The notes under the pieces: generated by a model | Database searches by the model: none | What the model saw: only the letters and a program-made list of their open reading frames with translations | Told to the model about the DNA's origin: nothing | Assembly: GCA_051362555.1 (NCBI GenBank) | Contig: CM120644.1 | Location: forward strand, 7,262,954-7,326,953 | Length of the DNA stretch: 64,000 nt | From: Lingula anatina | Lineage: Eukaryota > Animalia > Brachiopoda | Direction of reading: 5' to 3' | Shown here: piece after piece, positions 1 through 12,952 of the stretch | Position numbering within the stretch: the stretch's first letter is position 1 | Layout: every line of letters begins with the position of its first letter | Translations under genes and position numbers: made by a program

Positions 1-1427
1 ATTTTGTACGTAGATTATCTTGGTCTGGCCAGAGAAAGTGAACTGTGTTCTGTTCGTAGTCAGACACTTGCCTTATCCCAAAACGAACATTTACGACGAC
101 GTGCACATAAAAATTGCCATTATTTTTACATTCTTTCATCTACACACTGTAAACACAAGATATCGAGCGGCTCTGAAACGGTATTTCTACTTATGTATTA
201 ATCTTTATTGGGTGAGAGAAAGTGATTTGTACTATGTTGGCGGGAGAAAGCACGCGCGGTTCTCAGATGTTACCACGCGCCGTGAAAGTATATCCCGAGA
301 AACGTGGCGTTATTGCCCATAATTATTCCAGAATTAGATATACAGTAATATATGAGAGCAATAAACACCTCAAAGGACAAAGGCAACTTTCGATGAATTT
401 GTTGAACTTTTACTTAAAATGATTTATTATCAACAAAGGCACCTTGCCTGTTCATAATGACCAAACAACTTGATAACAGGACCTAGCTTTCAAAACTTAT
501 AGATACTTCTATTCAAATGCAAGGCAAAGAAACTTCTTTGCTGTACTTGTATAACTGTCCAATTTCAAATGGATACCATGACAAATTCCATTAGAAAATG
601 CAAAAAACACAAATTAATACTTGAATGATATTACTATCTGAAAATGAGATAAGTATCTGCGGATACAACTTTGTATTACTTAAAAAATCACATATATAGT
701 GTGTGTTTAGATAACTAGCTAGTATTACGTTCTTGGGGCTGCTTCAGCGTTTAAGCTATGACATAACACCATGAAATTTTAAGATGTTTCAATTAAAGGT
801 TACGCACAGAAGGTTCTGAACGCTGTACAAATCTTAGAAGTGAATAGTACGTAGAATACGTGGCGTACCTTACTAATTTATTCAGATAGATTATAAAGAG
901 CGCCTCACATTATTTTTACCTAAGCATGGTCTAAATATAACTGTTTTCACTACCAGTTTGGAAGTAGAAGCATGTTTGCAAGGGCAACTGATCAGAATAA
1001 CCTATGACCGAACCATTTGAAAAATAACTGTTATAGCCGTGCAACTTACTGTAGCATCCTCGTTACATACACTGTAATCGGGGACCTACAACTTTTGATC
1101 TACTTCCAGAACAAACATTTCGGTTTCGCTGGGTTGTTTAATAGTTTCTCCCAGTGAAACCTCTCTAAGGACAAGACCAGATTACAGAAAGAGACCCCAA
1201 TGAGATATCAAGTCTTAATGACTCAGAGAACTGGACACCGCGGGTCGCATTTTGATCATTTTTTTTTTTTCTAATTTTAAGTTGCAAACGCGAACAACAT
1301 GGAAAAACATAAACAATGAGAAATGTCAGGACCTGCCAAGCATTACGGATAAGCTCATAATTTGCCTGCGCGGAAAGGTCGTCGGCGTGCTTGGCCGATT
1401 TGTCAAGATAATAGGCCTAATGCTTGC

Positions 1428-1459
<32 letters not shown>

Positions 1460-1464
1460 GAGAG
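1428..1464. repeat. (GA)n microsatellite
   Basis: Directly visible. Confidence 0.9.
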
Positions 1465-4207
1465 ATTGGGGTCTTTAATGTGAAATATTTCAGATAGTAG
1501 AATTTATACTGCACAGTGCCACATGATTATAATTTTTCGTGTGATAATTGGATGATACAGTGTAAGCCTGCTACTATTATAATCCTTTTTTATACTAAGG
1601 GAAAGATGTTCTAAAAAAAAAAAGAACACTAGCTGTGGTATCTTAAATGGATCCGTTTCCAATTTCTTCTTGCCGATAAAAGAGTTTAGATTCCTTGAAT
1701 ATTAGAATTTTGAGAACATTCCATTAATATTGCACAGCTAGGTTCTACATCTAACCTTACCAATGACTTCCCTTACCACAGTTAAAGAATAATAAATGTT
1801 GTAAAAAGGAATATACATGTAGGTTGATATACTGTACTAGGTACTTCAATATGCTCTGTTAGATAGCACAGACAAAATCGCCCAAAAATTGAAGCCTCAC
1901 ACTTTTTTTAAATGCACAGACCAAACACAAGTATACAGATATATATATAGAATTTGAAAACATCGGTGAACTTGGTGAACCTTGAATTATTTTCATTGAG
2001 AGTCGCTTTATCAAAAGCAAGCTATACAATATATTCCGTTATATCATTCTACATTGAACGTGTGCAAATTTTAGCTTTGATATTTGTTTGATTATTTATA
2101 CGACTATGGCAGCCATCCGTCTTGTATAGGATGACGGCGCTACATGGTAATGTATTCTGTCAAATTCCAGGCTGTATAACTGAATGAATACGAACATCTC
2201 TGCTATACAGGCTATGTGCATAATTTGAATCTCGGTACAAGAAAATGCAACAGGGTAAATGCCAGAAACACCACTATAGCAAGTTCCAGAGTGACCGTTT
2301 CAAAGTATTTGACCATCCACGCAGCTCAGGCGTTACAACTCCACTGAGTTGTTCACAAGCATTTACAAGGAGACAACAAGGCATAAATAATACCTTTTGG
2401 CGTGTGTTTCCGCACTACACCTGTATCGCACACACACCTTTGCCTCAGTGGTCACGTTCATACGAGATATATTGAGATTAATCAAACTGATTTAAAACTG
2501 GTTGAATTGGTCCATGATGCCATACGCTGGAACCGGATTGGTTATGGACGGGATGAATGAGTTCACGCTGCTGCATTTTACCGGATACGATATTTCAATC
2601 TCTGGATTCTGTTAACACGGGACTGGTGGCCAACTTTACGTACCCTGTACAGCTTAGGGTCTGTTCAGAACAAATTTTGGCGACCTAGCTAATACGCACT
2701 AACCCCACGGGGACTCCTGCTGAATGCATACTAACATGCCTTCTCCAGTCCTTGAGTAGAATATACTCTGCAAACATTTCTACAAGATTTTGTTTGCAAG
2801 GAAATGACGACTCATTAGTCGTTTCTTTTCTAGTAGAGAGTAGCTTCTGGCAGCTAGTCCTACAACACAGCCAAACCAATACAATATGCCGCAGAAATCA
2901 ACTTTATGGTCTCAATTATGATCTTTGGCTGAATCAGAATACAGTAGTAATTTGATTGGGCTTTTTCCGTTTGGAGCCGCGGTATCAATAATCTGATTGT
3001 AAATGTCTGAAATCATATAGGATGTTATACGATAGAACTTCCCAAACTGCGACATTTTCCCAGTTATCTTAAATTGCGGCCATTATAGGCAGGAATTGAC
3101 TTATCAACCGATGAAATCAAATAACATGTCTGACGAGTATTCACGTATATGCAAAGCAATAAGATGCTCTCACATCGAAAACATTACAGCCGGCGAACAC
3201 AATGGTCTATAAGCTGAGCCACTCCGTATCCGATTCGTGTCGTTTGTGGCACCGTCTCATCTAGTGCATTTACCCGAGTTCCTGATTATGAGGTGTGCTA
3301 ATTTCAATATTTTAAATTTTAATTTGAGTAAATTACTTAACGAGAGTAACTTGTTGCTATATACCACCCTCTAGCGACATAACTCAGCTTGCTGCAGAGA
3401 GTGAACGACTGCCGTTAAGTGGGTTATCATAAGCAAGGAAAAAGATGTGTCGCGACCAAATATGACTACCTTCGTAAGCCTCATCTTATTAAGTTGTGGT
3501 TTAATTCTATATTTATCACTACAGCGTTGTGTTTTTTCTTTAATCAGAAAACTGTTTCAGAATGTCAATATATCAAGCTATCAATTCAGGCATAGATTAG
3601 ATCGAAAGGTAATTGAGCAAAACAATTGATTGAACCTAAACCTGATTTTCCAGCTGATAACATCCGTCGGCGATGACTCCATTAACTTGCGATGAACCAG
3701 AATAACTTAAAAGGTACCTCGTTAACTGAGGGGTTTTTTTTAGACCGATGCGAACGGAATGGTAGTCCTACGCATATTAACATGTATGTCAGGAAAATAA
3801 GTCCCATAAGGACTTCTATACTAAGGGGGGTATTCCGTTGGACATCGGTTCCAGGCGGACCTGCATTCCGTTCACACCGGTGTCATGAATCTGTTGGTCT
3901 GTGTCACAGGGAGTACGTCTTCCATTAGATTCAAACAGGTTAGGTTTTGCGTGGCTTTACTGGGTCAAAATCTATGCCACTTTGGGAAACGGCATTAAGA
4001 CCGATGCAGTAGATATAAGCTACTAAATCTAGTAAAAAATTATACATTCTCGACATCTATTACTAACTGCATACCCATTCATAGTTTTGCTGAGGCGGGG
4101 AAGGGTGGGCAAGGATAAAACTGCAAATCTGAAGTGCTTGATAAATACAATTTTTACGGTGATATGTTAGGCACAGGCATTATAGTGATCGTCCTCAACT
4201 TGTGTCC

Positions 4208-4238
<31 letters not shown>

Positions 4239-5172
4239 GACAAGTGTGTACCCATGAAAAGACTTACGGGGCGTGACCCTCTGTGCTCCTCCTTGGATTC
4301 ACCCCCAAAGGGTAATATCTGCAGTATGAAATAATCTACCTGGGGATGTTCACTACTGAATTCGCGTTAATATAGCTTGCTATCTGTAAGGCGTGTAGTG
4401 ATAGAGTAAAAGATGTTGGATACGGAACCATCAATGCTTGCAGTATCATCTGGTATATCAGCAAACACGGGGCGGGTTTCTGTATAAACAAACACGGTAT
4501 CATCCCGTGTCGTACATTTTTCTTCAGAGGGAGATCGGGGAATCTTTAACAGATAAAAAGCCTCTGTAACATATGGAACACAGCTATTTAGATGTGAAAA
4601 ATAAGGGAAAAGATTCTTGATTAATATCCTTTCCTCCGCCTTAATGTAATTCAGCTGTAACTTTGTTAATGAAACGCTCATGCATTTATGAAGACATGGA
4701 CCAGATTCCGATCTTAGGTAAAAACACAGGTCTTCTTTAAGTAGACAGTCGTAATAAAGTACCTAAACGATTTTTTCTGTCACGGATATTGTGCAGTATT
4801 TAGAACAGGTGAAAGGCCCCACCCCAGAAACGCTCTCCAGAACCAGACAAACTCAGAGAAGAAAAATACCAAAAAGATTGATTTATAGCACTGTCAGGTT
4901 CTACGGATTTTAGAATCATAGGTTGAGAGAAGAGATGAACCCAACCTGCAAAGTATGTGCCACGACGAACCGCGAAGAGCTACAAGGAGTTATTTAATGT
5001 AAGATTGATTCCTCTCCACTTTTACCTACATGAGCGGAGGAAATTGCAAAACGGTGTACACACAAATCATTCGAAACCAGACATAAAAATGTAATCACAG
5101 GCATCTGAGGAGAAAGCCCCCCCCCCCCCCCCCCCCCCAACTCTAAGACTAGGTCGAGCCGTCTGGATGGGT

Positions 5173-5306
5173 CTAAACTGCTATCAACTTAACCGGCTTA
5201 AATGTCTGTCACGCCTACCGAATCAGCTAGGGTAAAGATAATTACCCCCTAACAGCTTTACTAGGCGTGACAGACATTTAAGCCGGTTAAGTTGATAGCA
5301 ATTTAG
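5173..5306. mobile_element. 134-bp near-perfect hairpin, probably a small MITE
   Basis: 45-bp arms CTAAACTGCTATCAACTTAACCGGCTTAAATGTCTGTCACGCCTA / TAGGCGTGACAGACATTTAAGCCGGTTAAGTTGATAGCAATTTAG, with one mismatch. Confidence 0.75.
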
Positions 5307-6425
5307 TGAGACAACCCAGGGAGATAGATCGATCCAAATATCCGTGGGAATGGTCCCTAAAGCATGAGCCAGGAGTGAGTGAGGCATAGCTTAACTGGTA
5401 CAACATTGGATTTCACCCCAAGCGTCTTGTCAAAGACATTCTCTCCTTGACAAATAATAATACAGCCGTAAAAAAACGTAAAAATAAACTTATCATCAGC
5501 CAGACCATAAAAGACAGGGAAGATGATAATAAAAAAAAACACTTAAATATTCACTCCACTTTTATTTGTGCAAGCGACAGGAGTTATAATTCCTTGCTAA
5601 CAAACATAAATCCTATCTTATCCAGTACGTGCACGTTATGGGTGAAAAGGGACTTTATTTATGACAATTAAGAACAATAATTTAGGAGGATTTTTTAACC
5701 CTGCTTTTAAGTTACGTTCACACATATTGGAAAACGGCCACAATCGCGTCAGCAGAGAGACAGATAATAACAGAAGTTGTAGCATCATGTTCAATATGCA
5801 ACTGTTTGATGATGTGTTTGTGTGTGCGCGTACGCGTGTTTGTCTGATCCGTTTTATACCCATGTCAATAACGGGATCCAGAGGCACGTGAAGTGAAAGA
5901 TAAAATATTTCACGGCTGTGAAGGGTGCACTGGTAACGCGTCATGTGACGGATGTGACCTCAGGTACAGCGCCTCGGAGACGTTGTGATCATCCACACGG
6001 TTATCATATCACACTGATATATATATAGATTTCTTTCATGAATGAGAAAGACGTCTGAGAAGGCTACTCTAACGGGTGATTCATTGCGGGAATTACACCC
6101 CTCTATGCTGTAAACATACAAAAAACACAGTACATGTATTTATGACTTGTGTACCGTGCTCTAGTACCTAACTGGCAGTAAACCTCAGGCCCAGTGCCTC
6201 ATCATGTTTCATGATCAGTGGGTACCCCATTAAATCTTCCAACTAGGAAAATCCTTTTTTTATGTTTGAGATTGGCTCGGAATTGTAAAATAGTATACTG
6301 GGCATAAAAAGGAAAAACGGCAACATGTAGTAAAATGAGTTATGGTAGTGGTGATTATTCTAAATTGGTCAGATTGAGCTGTCATTAAAGGTGCTTCCAC
6401 CGTTGATAAATGTTTACAAACGGAT

Positions 6426-6690
6426 ACACACACACACTCACACACACACACACACACACATATACGAGCTCACACACACACTTACACGCACACATACATA
6501 TTCGAGCTCACACACACACTTACACACACACACACACACATATACGAGCTCACACACACACTTACACACACACACACACATATACGAGCTCACACACACA
6601 CTTAAACACAGACACACACACACACACACACACACAAACAGGGAGCGGTTTCAGAGAGAGAGAGAGAGAGGGGGGGGGGGAGAGAGAGGG
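6426..6690. repeat. Compound (CA)n microsatellite with interspersed TATACGAGCT/CTTA units, followed by a GA/G tract
   Basis: Directly visible; TATA/TCGAGCTCACACACACACTTA recurs 4 times. Confidence 0.95.
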
Positions 6691-9475
6691 GCCCGGTATG
6701 AGTGAGTAACAGAGGTGACATTCCCGCGCAGTGTATAAATCTCGTTGTTTGTCAAATAACTAAACACCACTATCGCACAAACGCTAATTTGTCCTTCCTT
6801 CAAAGACTGTATTATGACCTCACGCGCAAACACCTCCATTAACGTGAACATTAACGGTTAAAAGATAATACAAACCTTTGTGCCAAACAGGACGGGGGAA
6901 GATAGGTGATAGGCAATAGCCGGGTAAAAAGGAATCGAATAAGGAGGAGCCAATAAAACAAACTGTCGCATGAACAGATGTCGATGCTTTAGTATCTCTC
7001 TCTCTCTGTCTCTCCTCGTTGGTCTCTATAAAGATGTGCTCCAACCCAGTGCTAATATAAAAAACTAAACATTAAAAAATCACTGACCTTGATCATAATA
7101 TCCCTCCTAAGGTGCGTGTCACAACTTACGCTAAAAGATTACACACTTGCCAGAGAGAAACACACACAATAACGGGTCAACGTTCATCGCCCTATCCCCC
7201 TGTGCTGCGTTCGCACGACAGGGCTATCACCAACCACGAGCGACATAAACCCCACTCATAGAGACACGATATAGCGTGACGAATGCACGATGGATTCCAG
7301 CGTATCCAGGGGTTCTCTTGCAATTATGGAATGTTCCCAAATATTGCCAATATTCACTAATTTTAACCCTCCAGTGGCCACTCTTCAATTAAGTATATAA
7401 AGTACTAAGAACTTTCTTTCTCCCCCATGCACATCTACACTTCGATACTTAACAAGACACCCTCCACATGCAATTAAAAAAATATATAAACAGAATTTTG
7501 AAAACCAAACCTCAACTAGTCGCTTCCAGCCAGTCCGTCAATGGCCACGTACGTCCCGATCTTCAAATGCACAACCCGAGTCTTACAGCTTATCCCAACG
7601 GCCTGTAGTTTTCACGAAATCCACACCGTTATCACTAAGTTAACACACTAATGATAAAATAATATGTCCGTCAAGAGGGGGAGCCAGAGATAAATAATCC
7701 ACCCCCTGGCTGCTGGATGTTTAATTACTCTTTTATCAATTACGCTAAAACAGGAACGGAAATGTGAGACGCTATTAGTATTATTTGGACGCAAACTAGC
7801 TTTTAATTTTTTAGCCAAAGAAAAATAAAAAGAAGCATTGGCAGGCACATAATATATTGTTAACTGCTAAGAGTTTAATTACTGAAATAATGGAGAAGTG
7901 GAAGTAATAGGCATTAGAAAGTATTTGCCTTCGGCTCCATGGTTGATAGCTCTGTCCTACGACGTATTGAAAATTAAAGCCGCTGACGCAAAAGCTATTG
8001 CGGTCTCTAAGTGGTTAATTACATTAATAGAAATAGGAACGAAAAGACTGAATTAAGACCCTGTCGCTGCATGGGAACCACACTGTCACGCTATCAGAAA
8101 AATGTTAAAAACGAATTAGATAGCAATTACTACTATTTGCTATGGGCCACGCGTTTGATTATTTAGCTCTCAGAAATATAGGGAAATAACAATGGGACAC
8201 TTTTAACATTGATTAAACAGAAACGCTTTAGTGAAACAAAAGACGCTTCTTGTTTTAGGTTAGCATGAACCCTAGAGTGAACAATTGAATTGTATGTGAA
8301 ATAGTTTCCAGACACGACACCCACCATTTTGCAATATCATTTTACTTTTATCTCTTTATCCAAACGTGTATTTACAATCTGCATAAGTCTGGCAACTTGT
8401 ACATTTTAATGAATGAATGAAATGGCATTCAAGAGCCGTTTTTCCTACTTTTTCCCGTGTTAAAACTAAAGTGATACAGCTACATGTAGTAAAGTTAATT
8501 TGGCAGAAAATAAGTTCACGAGCAACCTGGGCATTGAAAAAAAACGTGCACCTAAAGGATTTTTGGCATGCACAACGTCCAAATTTACTACACACTGTTT
8601 CAAAAAGAATAGCAACCCAATTTGCCGTTTTAAATAAAGCATCACAGATGAAAAAACACAGTATGACTGACCTCTGCTATTTGCGTTGCACCTGAGGAAA
8701 ACCGATGTAACGGCAAAGTTATAAGATCAAGGAAACTATTATAGCAACTATCAGCCAGTGAAGCAGAACTGTTCATTTAAGGCCAACGGCTGAAACACCA
8801 CACACGGTATTATAATATACATGTAGTAGTTCCAGTTGTATTATGTCTGTGTTATTGATAAATAACTATTTTTGTCTGGTAGATCAGGAATGACAGAATG
8901 AATGCCACTTTTCATTCAAGTACGTAATGATAAATTAAAGCACACAGAAATATAAAGTTGATTTAATCTTATTCATAGTCATCAGCGTGCATTATATAAA
9001 AATTTCCACGGAATGACGTTTCAAACTGCTATTACTTATGCGTTAAGATTATAGTGTTCTCTTTCAACACATTGTATAAAGGCAAGTAGTCCAGGTTCGA
9101 ATTATCAAACAAGGACTGTACATTATTGTGATCGTCACCATGCATTTTTTTTATTATTATTTTCAGTAATTAAGAAGTAGTAGTGGTAGTAGTAGTAGCA
9201 GCCCCCCCTTTCAATTGTGGGCTACAGCCCCGCCATCAGACTAGATCCACTGGACAAAGTAAAGAAAGCCGCCTCTTTACGATAGTTTATATTCATAAAT
9301 GCACGAAAATGAATTGTTTGTTCTTGTCACAAATGTAAATGTAAACAGGCAACCGTGGTACACATAAAAGGTAGTCAAATATCATTTCAAGACTAGATAA
9401 GCTGTTGATTTTGCATCTAAAGATAGTGCATTACCTTAATCCTTCAATGGAGCGCAACCACTAACGAGATTACTT

Positions 9476-9477
<2 letters not shown>

Positions 9478-9527
<50 letters not shown>
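9478..9527. repeat. (AAT)n microsatellite
   Basis: Directly visible. Confidence 0.95.
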
Positions 9528-12500
9528 GGAAAATGGGTCATGGTCAAGTAATGAAAAAGGTATAAGATATTTTCAAGAAATATACGTAAATGTATATCCC
9601 CCGACAACGTCCAACCCCCCCTTTGATATGACAACCGCGATCTTCGCTTTAAGCTAAAACTTGGAAGCAGACTATGTATGTCAGATTGCTATCCCAATAA
9701 ATTATTGAAATATACAATCAATAGAAATCACAATAGAAAAAATTGCTTGTTTAATTAACCTTTTCGATTTAGGATGCGTTACTAAAAGGGTTCACCTGCA
9801 ATCGATAAAGTGGATGAAATACTAACACGTAAAAAACGAGTAAAAATTCCCTCACAAATCAAAAAACAAATACACCGTAATCGGTTTGAAAACGAAAACA
9901 GCAACTCTAAGTCATCACTCAAAATCAACAGAATTCTTATGATGAGTATTATTAAGTCATAGGGAATCCGGAATCCTGAAGTCAAATCACGCTTTGGGAA
10001 TTTATCCCTACTGGTCTATTATTTCAAGTGTTTGCCTTGGTTTCGGGGTACGCTTGTTCGTTTACCCAGGGAGAGGGCTTAGTGTCTGTATGATGGGTAA
10101 TAAGTGTTTACGCAAAGTATAATACCCATGCATTTAATTTGCCTTCTCCACTACTGTGTGGTAATGGTGCAGGTGTATTATTCTCTTTCGGGCGATTTTT
10201 AAATTTGGAAGGCCATGTTTCTATTTTTAGTTTAAATCTGAGATTTTTCATGTAGCTGTAGACCGTCAAATGCTTCCTAGACCTCCATCCAACACCCCTT
10301 CCCCGCTCTTCTGGATATTATGTTGGCAAATACCTAAATCTTTAGGTGAACGTCATTTCTACCAAAGTAAAGTATTTTTTTCGTTGGTGACCTTGAAGAG
10401 AGAGTGCAGGTACGTGAATCCTAACGAAACGCACGAATGGGATTCCTTCGGCGTAAGTTGCATTCATTGCCTCTCAAATGAAGGCCACAGAAAATGAAAG
10501 ATTTTAAAACCAGGCACACACTTATCCAGACGGGATTTTCAAAAGTTCCATCAGGATATTTTTTGGGAGAATTCAGTGTTCAATGAAAAAAAAAAAAAAG
10601 AACATTCACAAATTATTCTTTAAAAAGTTAAACCACAGCATAAACATTCGGCATAAACACAACGAGATCATTTAAACCAAGTAAAGCGTTGATGATACAT
10701 GGAAGAAGCCCACCAGTACATTACCTTTAGAAAACATGCGTCTGGTTAAAAAACGATCAGCGACTATCCGAAGATAAATTGGCCCATTACAACATGGCAA
10801 CTGCATCATTCATAAACCATGTATAACAGATCAGAGATCGAGCCATGGTAAAACATCATAGCATTAACTTTCTCGTAATCCGGAACACTTGAACAGGTCG
10901 AGAGAGATCAGAATAAGCCCGGAAGTTGGCGCCAAACAACCTTGAGATACCATTCCAAAACAAAACAAAATAGTGTGTTCCAATCTATTCCGTCACCGAT
11001 GCTTACATGTACATGTACGTACATGTATATCAGAAAATACTTTGCTAATACCCTCACAAGTACTGCTGAATGCCCCTGTGAAGGCATCATAATATCAAGA
11101 ACATGTACGTCACACGCACCCCCCCCCCCTCATCCTCTGCACTTGGCGGAGAGAGAGAAAGAGTGAGAGAGGGGGGAATATGTCTTTTTGCCCCCCTCTC
11201 TCTCGCCACCTTCTTCGTCTCCTCCCTATTATGTATCACAATAAACATAGAAAAATGAGGACCGTGAGGACAAACACAAAAGCCACATAAAATGTCTAGA
11301 TATTGTGGTATATATGCTGACAAGCCTGCTTCATTCCAGTATATATAATATGATTAATGAGCAGAGAATTTTTTCGAGAAGATAACGCATCATCACCGTC
11401 CTCATAGACACGTAATAAATCTGTGAGGTTTAAAAACTGTCTGTCAAATATCCAACATCTATGGTCATTTGAAATACATTATAAGAGATTAGTTTGTGAA
11501 ACTAAAAAGATCACAAACAAACCAAACGCTTAATCAATTAAACACGCTCCATGAATATTATCTTTAGAATTTTGTTAGATCACCATTTTGAGCCATTATG
11601 TTATTTTCTTTATTTCTGTTTCATCTAATATACAACTTATACATGGTAGTTAAAATGGTATAAACTTGCTGTGTTTAAAAAACAACTCGCTTTCAGGTAA
11701 TTATGTCCCAGGAAGCGTAATCACACGGTTTAATAATACATAGCACCATTCATTGTGATCAACTCGTGAAAGAACTGAGGTCCTGACCAGAGCGATTTTA
11801 ACAAAAACTGCCCAAAGTGGACGCTTGTAACTTGCACGACGCTACTTGGCTACCCCAACGTCAATCGGTCTGTCCTGTACGTTAGGTCATTGATCAAGAC
11901 AATAAACAGTTAGGCCCCTTAATTATGAAATTATAAACAAACTTATATACATAGCGAAGAGTAGCCTGTACTTCTTGCCAAGCTGCACATCTAAAGCGCT
12001 AGAATTGTCCGTGCGTTTTTACCTGAACCATTCTTGCTAAAACCACGTTGAACATGCTCTGGCATAAACAGTTTTTTCTGTTTTTTTTTGGGGGGGGGGG
12101 ACAAATTAAGGTCACTGCATGATTAAGAGAAAGGTCATGTGGCATGCTATAACATTTTGGCAGAACCATTTCCGTTTCTAAACATTTATAAACATTGACG
12201 GCGCATTACACTCTAACGATGTACGTACTTAAGAAAGGATTTTGAACCGAAAGGTGTCACTCTATACAGGTTTATAAGGCTCTTAGTGAATGCGCAAGGA
12301 TTTCCTTTAAATTCATAGATGGTTTAAATATTCCTATATCAATAATAAAACTGTGCAATGGGCATATGATGGAGTCATCTACACAGAAGAGGCAATGCAT
12401 AATGAAGACCATCTTTATCGACATGGTTTAGTTAGAACGCCCTGTGTGTACATGTTCCTGTACGTCACGGTGTCTTAGCAGACTAAACCAACTATGACGT

Positions 12501-12820
12501 GGTAAACTTGGTTATAATTAGGTCTACATATAAGCCTTTTTCCTATTACATCTTTTTTCGTTTATCTATATATGTATTCATTCATTTATGTAACTGTCCA
12601 TTTCTTCAATTATTCTTTTATTATTTCTTACTGTTATTACATGTATTATCACAATAATTTCATTCATTTATTTTTCCTTTTATCTTAGTGACTCCATTTA
12701 TTCTATCAAGACAGTGCTAGGAGAATGTGCTACTTGTTTTCCCTGTCAACGGCAATGCCAGCTCAACAACAGGTTTTTCATGCGGGTACCTATTAAGCCA
12801 AAACATCCTGGTAGTCAAAT

Positions 12821-12952
12821 GCCGCATTCAGAACAGGGGACTAACTAGTCCGAGAGTCAAATATGGCCGACCCACCTGAATACATTCCCACGGGGAATCT
12901 ATTCAATTTGTCCATTAGCGGACTAGTTATAGTTCAATGTTCTGAATGCTGC
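12821..12952. mobile_element. Internally deleted copy of the 45468-45640 MITE
   Basis: GCCGCATTCAGAACAGGGGACTAACTAGTCCGAGAGTCAAATATGGCCGACCCAC...GTTCTGAATGCTGC; clear similarity to 45468-45570. Confidence 0.75.

Noticed and set aside
1832-2652. Possible transposon bounded by CTGTAC..GGTAC inverted words
   Set aside because: The inverted match is too short and imperfect, and there is no TSD.
6260-6709. His/Thr-rich and Cys/Val-rich ORFs
   Set aside because: These are translations of the (CA)n/(TG)n microsatellite.
9239-9252. miR-279-like GACTAGATCCAC (also a miR-29-like TAGCACCATT at 11741)
   Set aside because: Only short matches, with no convincing precursor hairpin.
10725-10941. Minus-strand segment bounded by AG and GT, exon-like
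   Set aside because: All three frames contain stops; a non-coding exon cannot be supported without RNA data.
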